Shown: one piece after another, positions 38,376 through 48,564 of the stretch | Layout: every line of letters begins with the position of its first letter | How positions within the stretch are numbered: position 1 is the first letter of the stretch | Program-made: the position numbers and the translations under genes | From: an uncultured Flavobacteriaceae bacterium | GTDB lineage: Bacteria; Bacteroidota; Bacteroidia; Flavobacteriales; Weeksellaceae | Assembly (NCBI GenBank): GCA_963516675.1 | Contig: CAUQBH010000002.1 | Span: 35,237 to 99,236, forward strand | Length of the DNA stretch: 64,000 nucleotides | Direction of reading: 5' to 3' | The notes under the pieces: model-generated | The model's database searches: none | Told to the model about the DNA's origin: nothing | What the model saw: the letters and a program-made list of their open reading frames with translations, nothing else

Positions 38376-40478
38376 TTAAAAATTAACTGCGCTGCCTCCG
38401 CTATTCTCTAATTTTTTATCAATTTCATTATTTTTTCCTTTGGAGAAATCGTAAGCAACTCCAAAAACGAGCATGTTCTTATTGTTCTGAATTTTAGTAT
38501 GATTTGTAAATTCAACTAAACTTTTACTATAACTTTTTGACTTGTATTCAGAAGGGACACCTATCCAATACATTCCCGATGTGAAAGTCCAGCCATTTTT
38601 TCTGTATTGTAAAAACAGATGGTTCTGATTTTCATTAGTATACAAAAATGCACCATCCAGCGAAAACACAGGGACATTAAACTGATATTGAAGCGTGAAA
38701 TTCTTGTATTGAGAAACCAGCGTAAGTCTGTTGCTCAGGTACGAATTCTTAATTTCTATATCTTTTATTTTTATTTTTTCCCAAATAGGAGCCAGCAGCG
38801 TGGTTATTCTCAGATAATTGTTCCCAAAAGGTTTGATAATTCCCACAAACTGGGCACCTCCCTTGGTGTAGTGGTCTGCGTTTTCGTAGTTTAGGACATA
38901 TCGGTTGGCAGAGTGGTCAAATGAGTAATACTCCGTGATTGCGCTTTGGGTGTTGTTATAGAGAGCGATGATATTAAAGTCAAAATACTTATTGTTAAAT
39001 GAATATTTCAGTTGGTTTTTCCACAGGTATTCTGGTTTTAGGTATGGATTTCCCTGCTTTACTATATTGGGAACTAGCTGTACGATATTGCTGCTCAGCT
39101 GCTCGCCGCTGGGAGTGTTGGGCTTATAAGAGCTTATCAATTGTAAAGACTGGTTTTTTGATAATTGATATCCTAAAATCAGATTGGGAGTGAAAGACCA
39201 TTCGTTTGTTCTTTCGTATTGGGATTTATTGTTAATATTGGTAATCCCAGCGCCCAGACGATACATCAGTTTTTTTATTTTTCCAGAAAATTCGGTGTAG
39301 AAATATTGCTTGAAATAATTTACCTGATATTCAGAATGTCCTGCAAGGTTGGTCAAGTTATTAGAAATATTCTCATTGCTAAATCTATACCCAGAGTTTA
39401 ATTTACCTATCTTAAAGGTGTGAATATGAGCAAGTTCTACAACGGAGTTAAATTGCCTGTTGCTGAGGCTCATATCGTTTTCAAAAACACTGGCGCCAGT
39501 ATTTGTTACCCATTCTTTAGCCAATTTGGAATTTTGGGTTCGGAAAAAAGAACCGACTGCATTTAGAGCAATTTCATCTTTTTGACCAAGTTTTTTATTA
39601 AAGTAAAGGTCTAAAATAGGGTTGATATACTTCTCATTATCAGAGTTTAGTAACGAGTTCTGTGAGGTGAGCGCTCCTTGGATAAATTCACTTTCTCCAT
39701 TTGCCCTCGAAAAATAATGGTTCATATTCAAGTTTAATTTAGCTTGAAATGAATAGCTGTCTTCCTTTGAATTTGAATATGTTGCAGAAATTTCTTGGAT
39801 TGTATATCCAAAATGTTCCTTTCTAAATTCATCAGAACGATATTTCTGACCATTCAAAAGATATTCGTAAGTGCTGTGATAGTTTCGGTTATCATAGTCT
39901 CTGAAGCCCAGATTGTAATCCAGCCCAAAAGTATTTCTGCTTCTCGTGTGGGTGAAATACGCTGAACCGTTCACAAATCCTGTAAAAGTGGCGTTTTGTA
40001 CGCTGGCTCCTCCTGTGTAGCCGTTTTCTGGATTTCTTGTAATTACATTAACCACCAAATCTGCCTTGTTTGCCCATCTTGTAGGCGGAACATCGTAATA
40101 ATCAATTCTGACAACGGTTTCGGGTTTTATCCCTTGAAGCTGCAGATTGGTAGATTCTCTCCCATTGATAAGTATGAGGATTTTCCCGCCGCGGATACTG
40201 CTCACATTATTAGAAACAGGGTCTAATTGTAGCTGAGGAACACTCACCACCAAGTCTTTTGCGTACCGTGCAGACTCTATTGCTTTTTCATCAAAAGAAT
40301 AAGAAACATGGTCAGAAAATACTTTTCTTTTCTGAGATTTTATGATGACTTCTTGGATTTCTTTGACATTAGAAATGCTGTCTTTCACGGTGTTTTCTTG
40401 ACAAAAGCCTTGCAAAGACACAAGGAAGGCTAGGGCGTGAAGTGTTCTCTTGTTCATAGGGTTTATTTTTTGACTCAA
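38376..40478 (-). CDS. TonB-dependent-receptor-like outer-membrane beta-barrel protein
   Basis: 700 aa with a signal peptide and a plug-like N-domain (SVPQLQLDPVSNNVSSIRGG...ILINGRE). The remainder is beta-rich. No clear TonB box identified. Confidence 0.6.
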   Translation of the reverse strand: MSQKINPMNKRTLHALAFLVSLQGFCQENTVKDSISNVKEIQEVIIKSQKRKVFSDHVSYSFDEKAIESARYAKDLVVSVPQLQLDPVSNNVSSIRGGKILILINGRESTNLQLQGIKPETVVRIDYYDVPPTRWANKADLVVNVITRNPENGYTGGASVQNATFTGFVNGSAYFTHTRSRNTFGLDYNLGFRDYDNRNYHSTYEYLLNGQKYRSDEFRKEHFGYTIQEISATYSNSKEDSYSFQAKLNLNMNHYFSRANGESEFIQGALTSQNSLLNSDNEKYINPILDLYFNKKLGQKDEIALNAVGSFFRTQNSKLAKEWVTNTGASVFENDMSLSNRQFNSVVELAHIHTFKIGKLNSGYRFSNENISNNLTNLAGHSEYQVNYFKQYFYTEFSGKIKKLMYRLGAGITNINNKSQYERTNEWSFTPNLILGYQLSKNQSLQLISSYKPNTPSGEQLSSNIVQLVPNIVKQGNPYLKPEYLWKNQLKYSFNNKYFDFNIIALYNNTQSAITEYYSFDHSANRYVLNYENADHYTKGGAQFVGIIKPFGNNYLRITTLLAPIWEKIKIKDIEIKNSYLSNRLTLVSQYKNFTLQYQFNVPVFSLDGAFLYTNENQNHLFLQYRKNGWTFTSGMYWIGVPSEYKSKSYSKSLVEFTNHTKIQNNKNMLVFGVAYDFSKGKNNEIDKKLENSGGSAVNF

Positions 40479-40562
40479 AAATACATATAAAAAATTAAAA
40501 TTAAAATGTAATAGCGACTAAATCAAAACGGTAAAAAATTGATTTATAGAGTTTAATGTTGT

Positions 40563-41300
40563 TTAATTCAACCAGTTTTTAAATTCTTTTACTCGCTCTC
40601 GGCTGATGCTGATTTCTTCCGTTGGCTGGAAGCGGAGTTCTACTTTATAATGCGGTGAAGTGTGGATATTTTTGATGTAATCAATGTTAATAATGAACTG
40701 CCTATTTGCGCGGAAAAACGATGATGAATCTAAAATACTTTCCAGCTCTTCTAAATTGAAATCCGTAGGGAAAGTTCTTTCAGAGGTCTGAGCGTAGACA
40801 ATTTTGTTTTCGGTGTAGAAGCAGGAAATTTCTTCCACTGGGATTATTTTTAAATTATACCCGATTTTGACTAAAACTCGTTTCAGAGAAGGTTTTTCTT
40901 TTTGGATAAGTTCCTTGAAATTCAAGTTGTTATAAAACTGCTCCTTTGGAAGGAAATTTTTAAATTTATTAATTGCTTTAGTTAAATCTTCTAAAGAAAA
41001 GGGTTTCAATAAGTAATCAATAGAATTAAGTTTGAAAGCCCGCAGCGTATATTGGTCAAAAGCTGTGGTGTAAATGATGAAACTTTGAGTGGGAACCTGT
41101 TCAAAAATATCAAAAGAAAGCCCATCGCCAAGGACGATATCAGAGAAAATAAGCTGTGGATGCTCATGCGTTTTGAACCATTCTATGCCTTCCTCCACCG
41201 AGTGAATAACCGCTGCGATTTCTAAATCAGGAAACTGCGAAAGCATTCTTTGGAGCTGTCTCGCAGCTGGTTTTTCATCTTCTATAATGATGACTTTCAT
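40563..41300 (-). CDS. LytTR-family two-component response regulator
   Basis: 245 aa with an N-terminal receiver (MKVIIIEDE...FSDIVLGDG) and a C-terminal LytTR DNA-binding domain. Confidence 0.85.
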   Translation of the reverse strand: MKVIIIEDEKPAARQLQRMLSQFPDLEIAAVIHSVEEGIEWFKTHEHPQLIFSDIVLGDGLSFDIFEQVPTQSFIIYTTAFDQYTLRAFKLNSIDYLLKPFSLEDLTKAINKFKNFLPKEQFYNNLNFKELIQKEKPSLKRVLVKIGYNLKIIPVEEISCFYTENKIVYAQTSERTFPTDFNLEELESILDSSSFFRANRQFIINIDYIKNIHTSPHYKVELRFQPTEEISISRERVKEFKNWLN

Positions 41301-41391
41301 GTTTTTGTTTTTAAAGGTAAATATTTTTTAATCCAAAACGAATGCCCACTCGTTTGAAACGAATAAGCATTCATTTGGAAAACAATCATTG

Positions 41392-42729
41392 TTAAATTTC
41401 TTTTTCTTCTTTGTCCATGATTTCACGAACTTTTCTCTTTTCCCAAGAATTCCCAAAAGGAGAGAATACGCTCAGTCCGTTCATCACCACTCCGAAGCCC
41501 CAGCATCCAAGCGGCCACCAGAACCAAAGATGGTTAGGATTGTGATACAAATTAAGACAGATAAAGAAAGTGTTCATAACCAAGTAAGTGATGAGGTGCA
41601 TGTAGAAAGATTTTATTTCTTTCATTCTTTTGTAAGCTCTGTCATAAGCAGGATTTTCGTTAGTTGTTTGCATAATTTTGATTTTTGAAGTTAATAAAAT
41701 AGGGATTTTTACACTGAAATGATTTTCTGTTTTTTCTATAAATACTTTTTTGTTTATAATTAAATTATACCGAGCCAAAATATTGTTTAAGCCAATTCCA
41801 GAAGGCTGGTGAATGGAATTTCGTGGTTGCAGATTGTTTTCTACGATTAAATATTGGTTTTCGGAATACACTCTGATTTTCAGAGGCTTTTGTTCTGTAG
41901 CGAAATTATGTTTGATGCAGTTTTCCAAAAGAAGCTGTAACGAAAGTGGCACGATGAAGTTTTTTTTGACCTCTGGTTCTATTTCAAAATGAAAAGAAAC
42001 GCTATCTTCAAAACGAGCGGTAAGCATCTCACAATAGGTCTCCGCAAAGTCTAATTCTTCCTCTACACTTACTAATTCTTTGTCTTTTTTATCCAAAATA
42101 TATCGGTAGATTTTGGACATTGATGCGGTGAATTCCTGCGCTTTGTGCGGGTTTTCATCAATGAGGGAGCTCAGCACATTCAGCGAATTGAAAAGAAAAT
42201 GTGGGTCGAGCTGGTTTTTGAGGCTTTCAAAACGGACATTAGCAGAAGTTGCAATGATTTTCTGCTCCACCACCTGCGTCATTGCGGATTTTTTCCACTC
42301 TATCATGAAACTTCTCGCGTGGAGAAAAGCAGAAACTCCCAGGGAAATAAGGATATTAAAAATATGAATCCACCTCATTTTCTCTGTCCAAAAAACCTCA
42401 ACGGGCATTTTTTGTATCAAAATGAAATTGATGTAGTTGCACAAAAGCACACTCGCCACACTTACTAAAATAGTGAAAATAATTCCAAAAGTCACACGCT
42501 CATAGGTCTGTGATATCCAGTCCCATCTTTGGCTGAGAAAATTATTGAGCAGCATCTGGCTGAACCCGATGGTATAAATGTAAAGGGCTGAAATACAGAA
42601 ATCCAAAAAGAATTTTTCCAAAGTGGGATTCTGCACCCAAAACATTCCTAAAAAAGCAGCAACACCAAAGGAAATAAAAAGACAGATGAAGAAAAACTTT
42701 TTCATGGTTTTTATCTTTTGATAGTTCAA
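41392..42729 (-). CDS. LytS-like sensor histidine kinase (membrane His_kinase/HATPase) with a fused C-terminal 2TM domain
   Basis: 445 aa with an N-terminal multi-TM sensor and a His-kinase region (LDPHFLFNSLNVLSSLI; LQLLLENCIKHNF). The last roughly 100 aa (AYDRAYKRMKEIKSFYMHLITYLVMNTFFICLNLY...WFWWPLGCWGFGVVMNG...WEKRKVREI) match my memory of the 2TM (PF13239) domain. The probable start is Met-9 (MKKFFF). Confidence 0.7.
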   Translation of the reverse strand: MNYQKIKTMKKFFFICLFISFGVAAFLGMFWVQNPTLEKFFLDFCISALYIYTIGFSQMLLNNFLSQRWDWISQTYERVTFGIIFTILVSVASVLLCNYINFILIQKMPVEVFWTEKMRWIHIFNILISLGVSAFLHARSFMIEWKKSAMTQVVEQKIIATSANVRFESLKNQLDPHFLFNSLNVLSSLIDENPHKAQEFTASMSKIYRYILDKKDKELVSVEEELDFAETYCEMLTARFEDSVSFHFEIEPEVKKNFIVPLSLQLLLENCIKHNFATEQKPLKIRVYSENQYLIVENNLQPRNSIHQPSGIGLNNILARYNLIINKKVFIEKTENHFSVKIPILLTSKIKIMQTTNENPAYDRAYKRMKEIKSFYMHLITYLVMNTFFICLNLYHNPNHLWFWWPLGCWGFGVVMNGLSVFSPFGNSWEKRKVREIMDKEEKEI

Positions 42730-42876
42730 AGGTATAACAGATTTCTGATGAAAACTAAAAAAATAAACTGAGCGGTCGTTTTTAAATACTGAACCGTATT
42801 TTCTAATATAAAATTAAACAAAATCCCGCTCATTTCAGAATGAACGGGATGGAATATTTAGCGAAAAAAACTGATT

Positions 42877-44976
42877 TTATTTCAGTTGTCGGATACCCAT
42901 TTCATAGAACCCGAAACTTAGCAAATCAGCGTTTTCATTGATAACTTGGTCTGTAGAACGCCCAGCACCATGTCCAGCATTCATCTCTATTCGGATAAGA
43001 ATAGGATTTGGACAGCTTTGTTTCTCTTGTAGTTCAGCTCCAAATTTAAAGGAGTGTGCAGGAACTACACGGTCATCATGGTCGCTCGTGATGATCATCG
43101 TAGAAGGATAGCACACGCCTTTTTTCACATTATGAACTGGCGAGTAGGATTTCAGGTATTCAAACATCTCTTTGCTGTCCTCTGCTGTTCCGTAGTCATA
43201 AGCCCAGCCAGCACCAGCAGTAAACTTATTATAACGAAGCATGTCCAATACACCCACACCAGGGAAAGCCACTTTGGCAAGGTCTGGTCTCATAGTCATG
43301 GTAGCACCTACGAGAAGTCCGCCATTAGAACGCCCAGAAAGAGCCATGTATTTCGGAGAAGTGTATCCGTTCTTTTGTAGGTATTCTCCTGCTGCGATGA
43401 AGTCATTGAATACATTTTTCTTCTGCATTTTGGTTCCTGCATCGTGCCATTTTTTACCATATTCGCCGCCACCACGGATGTTCGGAACAGCGTAGATTCC
43501 TCCGTTTTCCATCCAGATAGCATTTACAGGCGAGAAAGAAGGTGTAAGACTTATATTAAACCCTCCATAAGAATACAGAATAGTTGGGTTTTTACCATCT
43601 CTTTTTAATCCTTTTTTGTAGTTGATCATCATCGGTATTTTAGTCCCATCTGCTGAGGTATAAAATACTTGTTCAGATACATAGTTATCAGGATTAAACT
43701 TCACTTTAGGTTTTTGGTGAATTTGGTATTTTCCTGTGGTCAAATTATATTTATAAATCGTGCTAGGCGTGATGTAATTTGTAAATGAAAAATACAGCTC
43801 TTTTTCTCCTGTTTTCCCTTCGAAACCATCTGCCTTCCCAGCGCCAGGGAGTTTGATATCGCGGATAAGTTTTCCGTTGTAGTCCAGCTGCTGCACGAAA
43901 GAAATAGCATCTTTCATATATTTAGCAAATAGGTATCCGCCACCAGTAGAGATAGACAGCACATTTTCTTTTTCTGGGACTACTTCTGTCCAGCTGTTAG
44001 GATTATTGATATTAAATTTCACTATCTTTTTGTTTGGAGCATTTCTGTCCGTGATAGCATAGATGAAATCGCCTTTGGTGTCGATTACATTTGTATTAAA
44101 ATCATACCCAGTCTGCACAGGGACGAAGTCTGTTTTTTTCTTTAAATCTTTGATGTAAAGCTCGTTCCCGTTCGTAGCATTCGCCGCAGAAATGATTAGA
44201 AATCTCTGGTCATCAGAAACGCTGGCAGAAAGATATCTTCGTTTAAAGTTCTCTCCACCGATGATGAGCTGGTCTTCGGACTGCTTAGTTCCTAGTTTGT
44301 GGAAATAGATTTTGTGCGTGTCTGTCTTTGCAGAAAGTACGCTTCCATCAGGCCTGTCGTAGCTGGAATAGTAGAAACCTTCATCGCCAAGCCATGCAAT
44401 TCCGCTGAATTTCACATCTACAAGGGTTTCATCGATTTGCTTTTTGGTAATGGCATCTAGGATGATGATTTTATTCCAGTCGCTACCTCCTTCGGAGATT
44501 TTGTAAGCGACAAGGTTTCCTTTTTTATTAAAGCTGATTCCCGCCAAGGAAGTAGTCCCGTCAGCCGAGAATTTATTAGGGTCAAGGAACACTTCTGTTT
44601 TTCCGTTTTTGTCCTTTCTGTATAGAACATACTGCGCCTGAAGTCCATCGTTTTTATAGAAATAAGTGTAATCTCCCTCTTTGAATGGAGCAGAAATTTT
44701 TTCATAATTCCAAATGTCTTTCAGTTGTTTTGCAATGTCCTTTCTGAAAGGGATTTTAGCCAAATAATTATTAGTAAAATCTACCTCGCTTTTTACCCAG
44801 TTTTTGGTGTTTTGGGACATGTCATCTTCCAGCCAGCGGTAAGGGTCTTCCACCTTCGTACCAAAATACTCATCGGTGTGGCTTATTTTCTCTGTTTTAG
44901 GATAATTGTGTTGAGCGTTCATAAATGAAATGGCAGCTAAACCCACTGCGCAGCATAATGTTTTGTTAATCATAAC
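42877..44976 (-). CDS. Prolyl oligopeptidase (S9A family prolyl endopeptidase)
   Basis: An N-terminal beta-propeller region is followed by a C-terminal alpha/beta-hydrolase domain with GGSNGGLL (Ser nucleophile). The ORF is open to 45030, but the signal peptide starts at Met-19 (MINKTLCCAVGLAAISFMNAQ). Confidence 0.85.
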   Translation of the reverse strand, partial: VMINKTLCCAVGLAAISFMNAQHNYPKTEKISHTDEYFGTKVEDPYRWLEDDMSQNTKNWVKSEVDFTNNYLAKIPFRKDIAKQLKDIWNYEKISAPFKEGDYTYFYKNDGLQAQYVLYRKDKNGKTEVFLDPNKFSADGTTSLAGISFNKKGNLVAYKISEGGSDWNKIIILDAITKKQIDETLVDVKFSGIAWLGDEGFYYSSYDRPDGSVLSAKTDTHKIYFHKLGTKQSEDQLIIGGENFKRRYLSASVSDDQRFLIISAANATNGNELYIKDLKKKTDFVPVQTGYDFNTNVIDTKGDFIYAITDRNAPNKKIVKFNINNPNSWTEVVPEKENVLSISTGGGYLFAKYMKDAISFVQQLDYNGKLIRDIKLPGAGKADGFEGKTGEKELYFSFTNYITPSTIYKYNLTTGKYQIHQKPKVKFNPDNYVSEQVFYTSADGTKIPMMINYKKGLKRDGKNPTILYSYGGFNISLTPSFSPVNAIWMENGGIYAVPNIRGGGEYGKKWHDAGTKMQKKNVFNDFIAAGEYLQKNGYTSPKYMALSGRSNGGLLVGATMTMRPDLAKVAFPGVGVLDMLRYNKFTAGAGWAYDYGTAEDSKEMFEYLKSYSPVHNVKKGVCYPSTMIITSDHDDRVVPAHSFKFGAELQEKQSCPNPILIRIEMNAGHGAGRSTDQVINENADLLSFGFYEMGIRQLK

Positions 44977-45051
44977 TAAAGATTTTTCCCAAATATAATT
45001 AAATTTCCCATTGTAAAAAGTAGTTTTCATTAAAATCTTTATTTTTGCCTT

Positions 45052-46560
45052 ATGATAAATTTTTTAAAAACTAAAATTGCCTTACTTTGGGCAAAAAAAC
45101 ATACCAAAAATGCTGAAATTTATAAACAAAATGCGGCGGCTGACCAAGAAAAACTTTTGTTTTCTTTGTTAAAAACAGCCGAAAATACGTTTTTTGGAAA
45201 AGAGCGTCATTTTGGAGAAATCCAGTCTGTCAAGGATTTTCAGGAAAAAGTTCCTATCAGTGATTATGAGGATTTAAAACCCTATATAGAGCGCATAAAA
45301 AACGGAGAAAAAGATATTCTATGGACTTCCCAGCCAGAATATTTCGCTAAAACATCTGGGACGACATCAGGCGCGAAGTACATTCCCATTTCAAAGGAGG
45401 GAATGCCTTACCAAATAGCCGCTGCACAATCGGCGATATTCCACTACATTGCCCAAAAAGACAATGCGGATTTTGTGGCAGGGAAAATGATTTTCCTACA
45501 AGGTTCTCCAGAGCTGGAAGAAATCAATGGCATCAAAACAGGCAGACTGTCAGGAATTGTGGCGCATCACATCCCAAATTATCTTCAAAAAAACAGACTA
45601 CCTTCTTATGAAACCAACTGCATAGAAGACTGGGAAACCAAGGTGGATAAAATTGTGGAAGAGACTGAAAATCAGAATATGACTTTGATTTCTGGTATTC
45701 CGCCGTGGCTCATTATGTATTTTGAAAAACTGATTGATAAGAAAGGTAAAAAAATAAAGGAAATTTTCCCTAATCTTCAGCTCATCATCACAGGCGGAGT
45801 AAACTATGAACCTTACCGAGAAAAAATGGAACATCTTTTAGGCGGTGAGGTGGATATTATCCAGACTTTCGCAGCGAGTGAGGGGTTTTTCGCTTTTCAA
45901 GATGACTACACACAGGAAGGACTTTTGCTTTTGACTAATCATGGGATTTTCTATGAATTCGTTCCATTAGAAGAGTTTGGAAAACCTAATGCAAGGAGAT
46001 TGACCCTATCAGAAATTGAACTAAATAAAGATTACGCTTTGGTTATCAGCACAAATTCTGGGCTTTGGGCGTATTCTATAGGCGATGTGGTTCGTTTTAT
46101 TTCTAAAAATCCTCACCGAGTTTTGGTAAGTGGGAGAACGAAACATTTTACCTCTGCTTTTGGAGAGCATGTGATTGCTTTTGAGGTGGAAGAAGCCATG
46201 AAAGCCACTGTGGCAAAGCACCCAGCGCAAATCACTGAGTTTCACCTTGCGCCGCAGGTAACACCTGAAAACAAGGAACTTCCTTATCACGAGTGGTTTA
46301 TAGAATTTGAGAAACAGCCAGAGGATTTGGAGGAATTTAGGAAAACACTGGATTTGGAGATGAGGGAGCGAAATGTTTATTACGATGATTTGATTTCAGG
46401 GAACGTTCTTCAATCATTGAAAATCAGTTGTTTGGCAAAAAACGCTTTTCAAGAATATGCCAAAGCAGAAGGAAAACTGGGCGGACAAAACAAAATCCCA
46501 CGACTTGCCAACGATAGGAAAATAGCCGAGATTTTGGAAAAGTTCAAGGAATTGGCGTAA
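45052..46560 (+). CDS. GH3-family (auxin-responsive-GH3-like, acyl-adenylate-forming) protein
   Basis: 502 aa. TSGTTSGAKYIP (adenylation P-loop-like motif) and the overall layout match the bacterial GH3 family. Confidence 0.7.
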   Translation: MINFLKTKIALLWAKKHTKNAEIYKQNAAADQEKLLFSLLKTAENTFFGKERHFGEIQSVKDFQEKVPISDYEDLKPYIERIKNGEKDILWTSQPEYFAKTSGTTSGAKYIPISKEGMPYQIAAAQSAIFHYIAQKDNADFVAGKMIFLQGSPELEEINGIKTGRLSGIVAHHIPNYLQKNRLPSYETNCIEDWETKVDKIVEETENQNMTLISGIPPWLIMYFEKLIDKKGKKIKEIFPNLQLIITGGVNYEPYREKMEHLLGGEVDIIQTFAASEGFFAFQDDYTQEGLLLLTNHGIFYEFVPLEEFGKPNARRLTLSEIELNKDYALVISTNSGLWAYSIGDVVRFISKNPHRVLVSGRTKHFTSAFGEHVIAFEVEEAMKATVAKHPAQITEFHLAPQVTPENKELPYHEWFIEFEKQPEDLEEFRKTLDLEMRERNVYYDDLISGNVLQSLKISCLAKNAFQEYAKAEGKLGGQNKIPRLANDRKIAEILEKFKELA

Positions 46561-46567
46561 TCAAACG

Positions 46568-46948
46568 ATGAAAAATATAAAAACCTTATTGCCCAAAGAC
46601 AAATTAGATGATAGTAATTTAGAGAAAATAAAATTGTTAAATGACTCTGATTTGTCTCAAATTACAACTGAATTGCTAACTTGGACACAAGATGCTAATT
46701 GGCCTATATTTTCTAAAATTGTAGAAATTATTGTAGCAAGGCAAGATTTGTTCATTGGTGAAATTTCCAAAATTTTCCAAACAGATGATAGGATTTGGAA
46801 ATATTGGATTTTGATGAATATCTGCCCTAAACTTAGTTTAGAAAACATAGATTTCTTGAAAAAAGATTTTGATAATATGGTAAAGGTTTTACCGACAAAT
46901 ATAGAAGAAGAGGAAATTTTGGAATTGATAAATACATTAAGAAAATAA
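46568..46948 (+). CDS. Hypothetical cytoplasmic protein
   Basis: 126 aa and helical. No family recognised. Confidence 0.4.
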   Translation: MKNIKTLLPKDKLDDSNLEKIKLLNDSDLSQITTELLTWTQDANWPIFSKIVEIIVARQDLFIGEISKIFQTDDRIWKYWILMNICPKLSLENIDFLKKDFDNMVKVLPTNIEEEEILELINTLRK

Positions 46949-46951
46949 ATA

Positions 46952-48196
46952 ATGAACCTAAAAATATCACTTGATGCTCTAAAAGTCTTGAAGAATCAGG
47001 AGTTTAGAGACCTTATTACAGGGCGGTTTTTCATTATTCTTGCTTTTAAGATGACCTCCACGCTTTTGGGTTGGTGGGTTTATGAGCTGACAGGAGATCC
47101 GTTTTCTATTGGGTTGATTGGTTTGTCTGAGGTGATTCCTGCGGTGGGATGCGCCTTGTATGCTGGGCATTTCATTGATATGAACGAAAAGAGAAGGCTT
47201 TTGCTTATTTGTAATTTTGCATATGTTGTTCTTCTTGGGTCGTTGCTTATCCCTGCATGGTCACAGGCAAGTTTAGGAATTAGTAATGAGGGAGTTACTT
47301 ATTTTATTTATTTTGTAGTTTTTCTTACAGGGATTGCTCGGTCTTTCCTTGGGCCTATTGTACCTGCAATGATACCTAAAATCGTGAGCAAAGAGCTTCT
47401 CCCAAGAGCCATTACTATCAATCAGACTACATTTTTGGCGGCATCGGTCATGGGGCATGCGATGTGTGGATTTTTGGTTTCGCTGTTACAGATTAAGGGA
47501 ACATTAGTAGTGATAGTTTCTTCCTTGTTTGTCGCTTTTTTCTTCTATTTTAAAACAAAACCACAGCATTCGGAATTTAAAGACCAAGAAGTCAATGTTT
47601 ATGAGAGTATAAAGGAAGGCTTGCATTATATCTTTAAGACAAAAGAAATCGTGGGCGCTTTGACATTGGATTTGTTCGCTGTGCTTTTTGGCGGCGCGGT
47701 GGCTCTTATTCCTGTTTTTGCAAAGGATATTTTACAGCTGGGCGCGGTAGGTTACGGCTTTCTGAATGCGGCTTCGGACATTGGGGCGGGGATTTCTATT
47801 TTCACACTGACTTTCTTCCCTTTGAGAAGAAATCAAGGTAAGCTTCTGCTTTTCAGTGTTTTTGGATTTGGGGCATGCATTTTGCTCTTTGGGATTTCAG
47901 AATATTTTATTTTATCATTTTTAGCATTGCTGATGAGTGGTATTTTGGATGGCGTGAGTGGAGTGATTAGAGGGACTATCGTCCAGCTGAAAACGCCTGA
48001 CCATATGAGGGGAAGAGTGATGAGCATCAACAGCATGTTCGTGATGTCCAGCAATGAGCTGGGGCAGTTTGAGAGTGGAGTGGCGGCAAGGCTTTTCGGG
48101 GCGGTAAATGCCGTGGTTATAGGCGGATCTATCACGATGCTTATCGCTGTGGTGGTGAGACTTACCTCTCCAAAACTAAGGGAAATGGAGTATTAG
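46952..48196 (+). CDS. MFS transporter
   Basis: 414 aa with 12 predicted TM segments and MFS-like loop motifs. Confidence 0.75.
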   Translation: MNLKISLDALKVLKNQEFRDLITGRFFIILAFKMTSTLLGWWVYELTGDPFSIGLIGLSEVIPAVGCALYAGHFIDMNEKRRLLLICNFAYVVLLGSLLIPAWSQASLGISNEGVTYFIYFVVFLTGIARSFLGPIVPAMIPKIVSKELLPRAITINQTTFLAASVMGHAMCGFLVSLLQIKGTLVVIVSSLFVAFFFYFKTKPQHSEFKDQEVNVYESIKEGLHYIFKTKEIVGALTLDLFAVLFGGAVALIPVFAKDILQLGAVGYGFLNAASDIGAGISIFTLTFFPLRRNQGKLLLFSVFGFGACILLFGISEYFILSFLALLMSGILDGVSGVIRGTIVQLKTPDHMRGRVMSINSMFVMSSNELGQFESGVAARLFGAVNAVVIGGSITMLIAVVVRLTSPKLREMEY

Positions 48197-48300
48197 ATTT
48201 GCGAGAATGAAAAAATAATTTTAATTTTAACCTATAAAAAAGTTGAATTGTATTCAAAATTCATATATTTGCACAAAAATAAATTTAAAATTATATTGTT

Positions 48301-48537
48301 ATGTCAGACATTACATCTAGAGTAAAAGCTATCATTGCTGATAAGCTTGATGTTGAAGAAACAGAAGTAACTCCAGAAGCTAGCTTCACTAACGATTTAG
48401 GAGCTGATTCTTTGGATACAGTAGAATTGATCATGGAATTTGAAAAAGAATTTAACATTCAAATCCCAGATGACCAAGCTGAAAAAATTCAGACTGTAGG
48501 TCATGCAATCGCTTACATCGAGGAAGTGATTAAATAA
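48301..48537 (+). CDS. acpP: Acyl carrier protein
   Basis: 78 aa with [16 protein letters not shown] around the phosphopantetheine serine. Confidence 0.92.
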   Translation: MSDITSRVKAIIADKLDVEETEVTPEASFTNDLGADSLDTVELIMEFEKEFNIQIPDDQAEKIQTVGHAIAYIEEVIK

Positions 48538-48564
48538 TTGTTTTACTGAAAAACTAAAAAAATT

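Noticed and set aside
40479-40562. Riboswitch (e.g. cobalamin) upstream of the TonB-receptor-like gene
   Set aside because: Only 84 bp of AT-rich leader is available. That is too short and it lacks any conserved riboswitch core.
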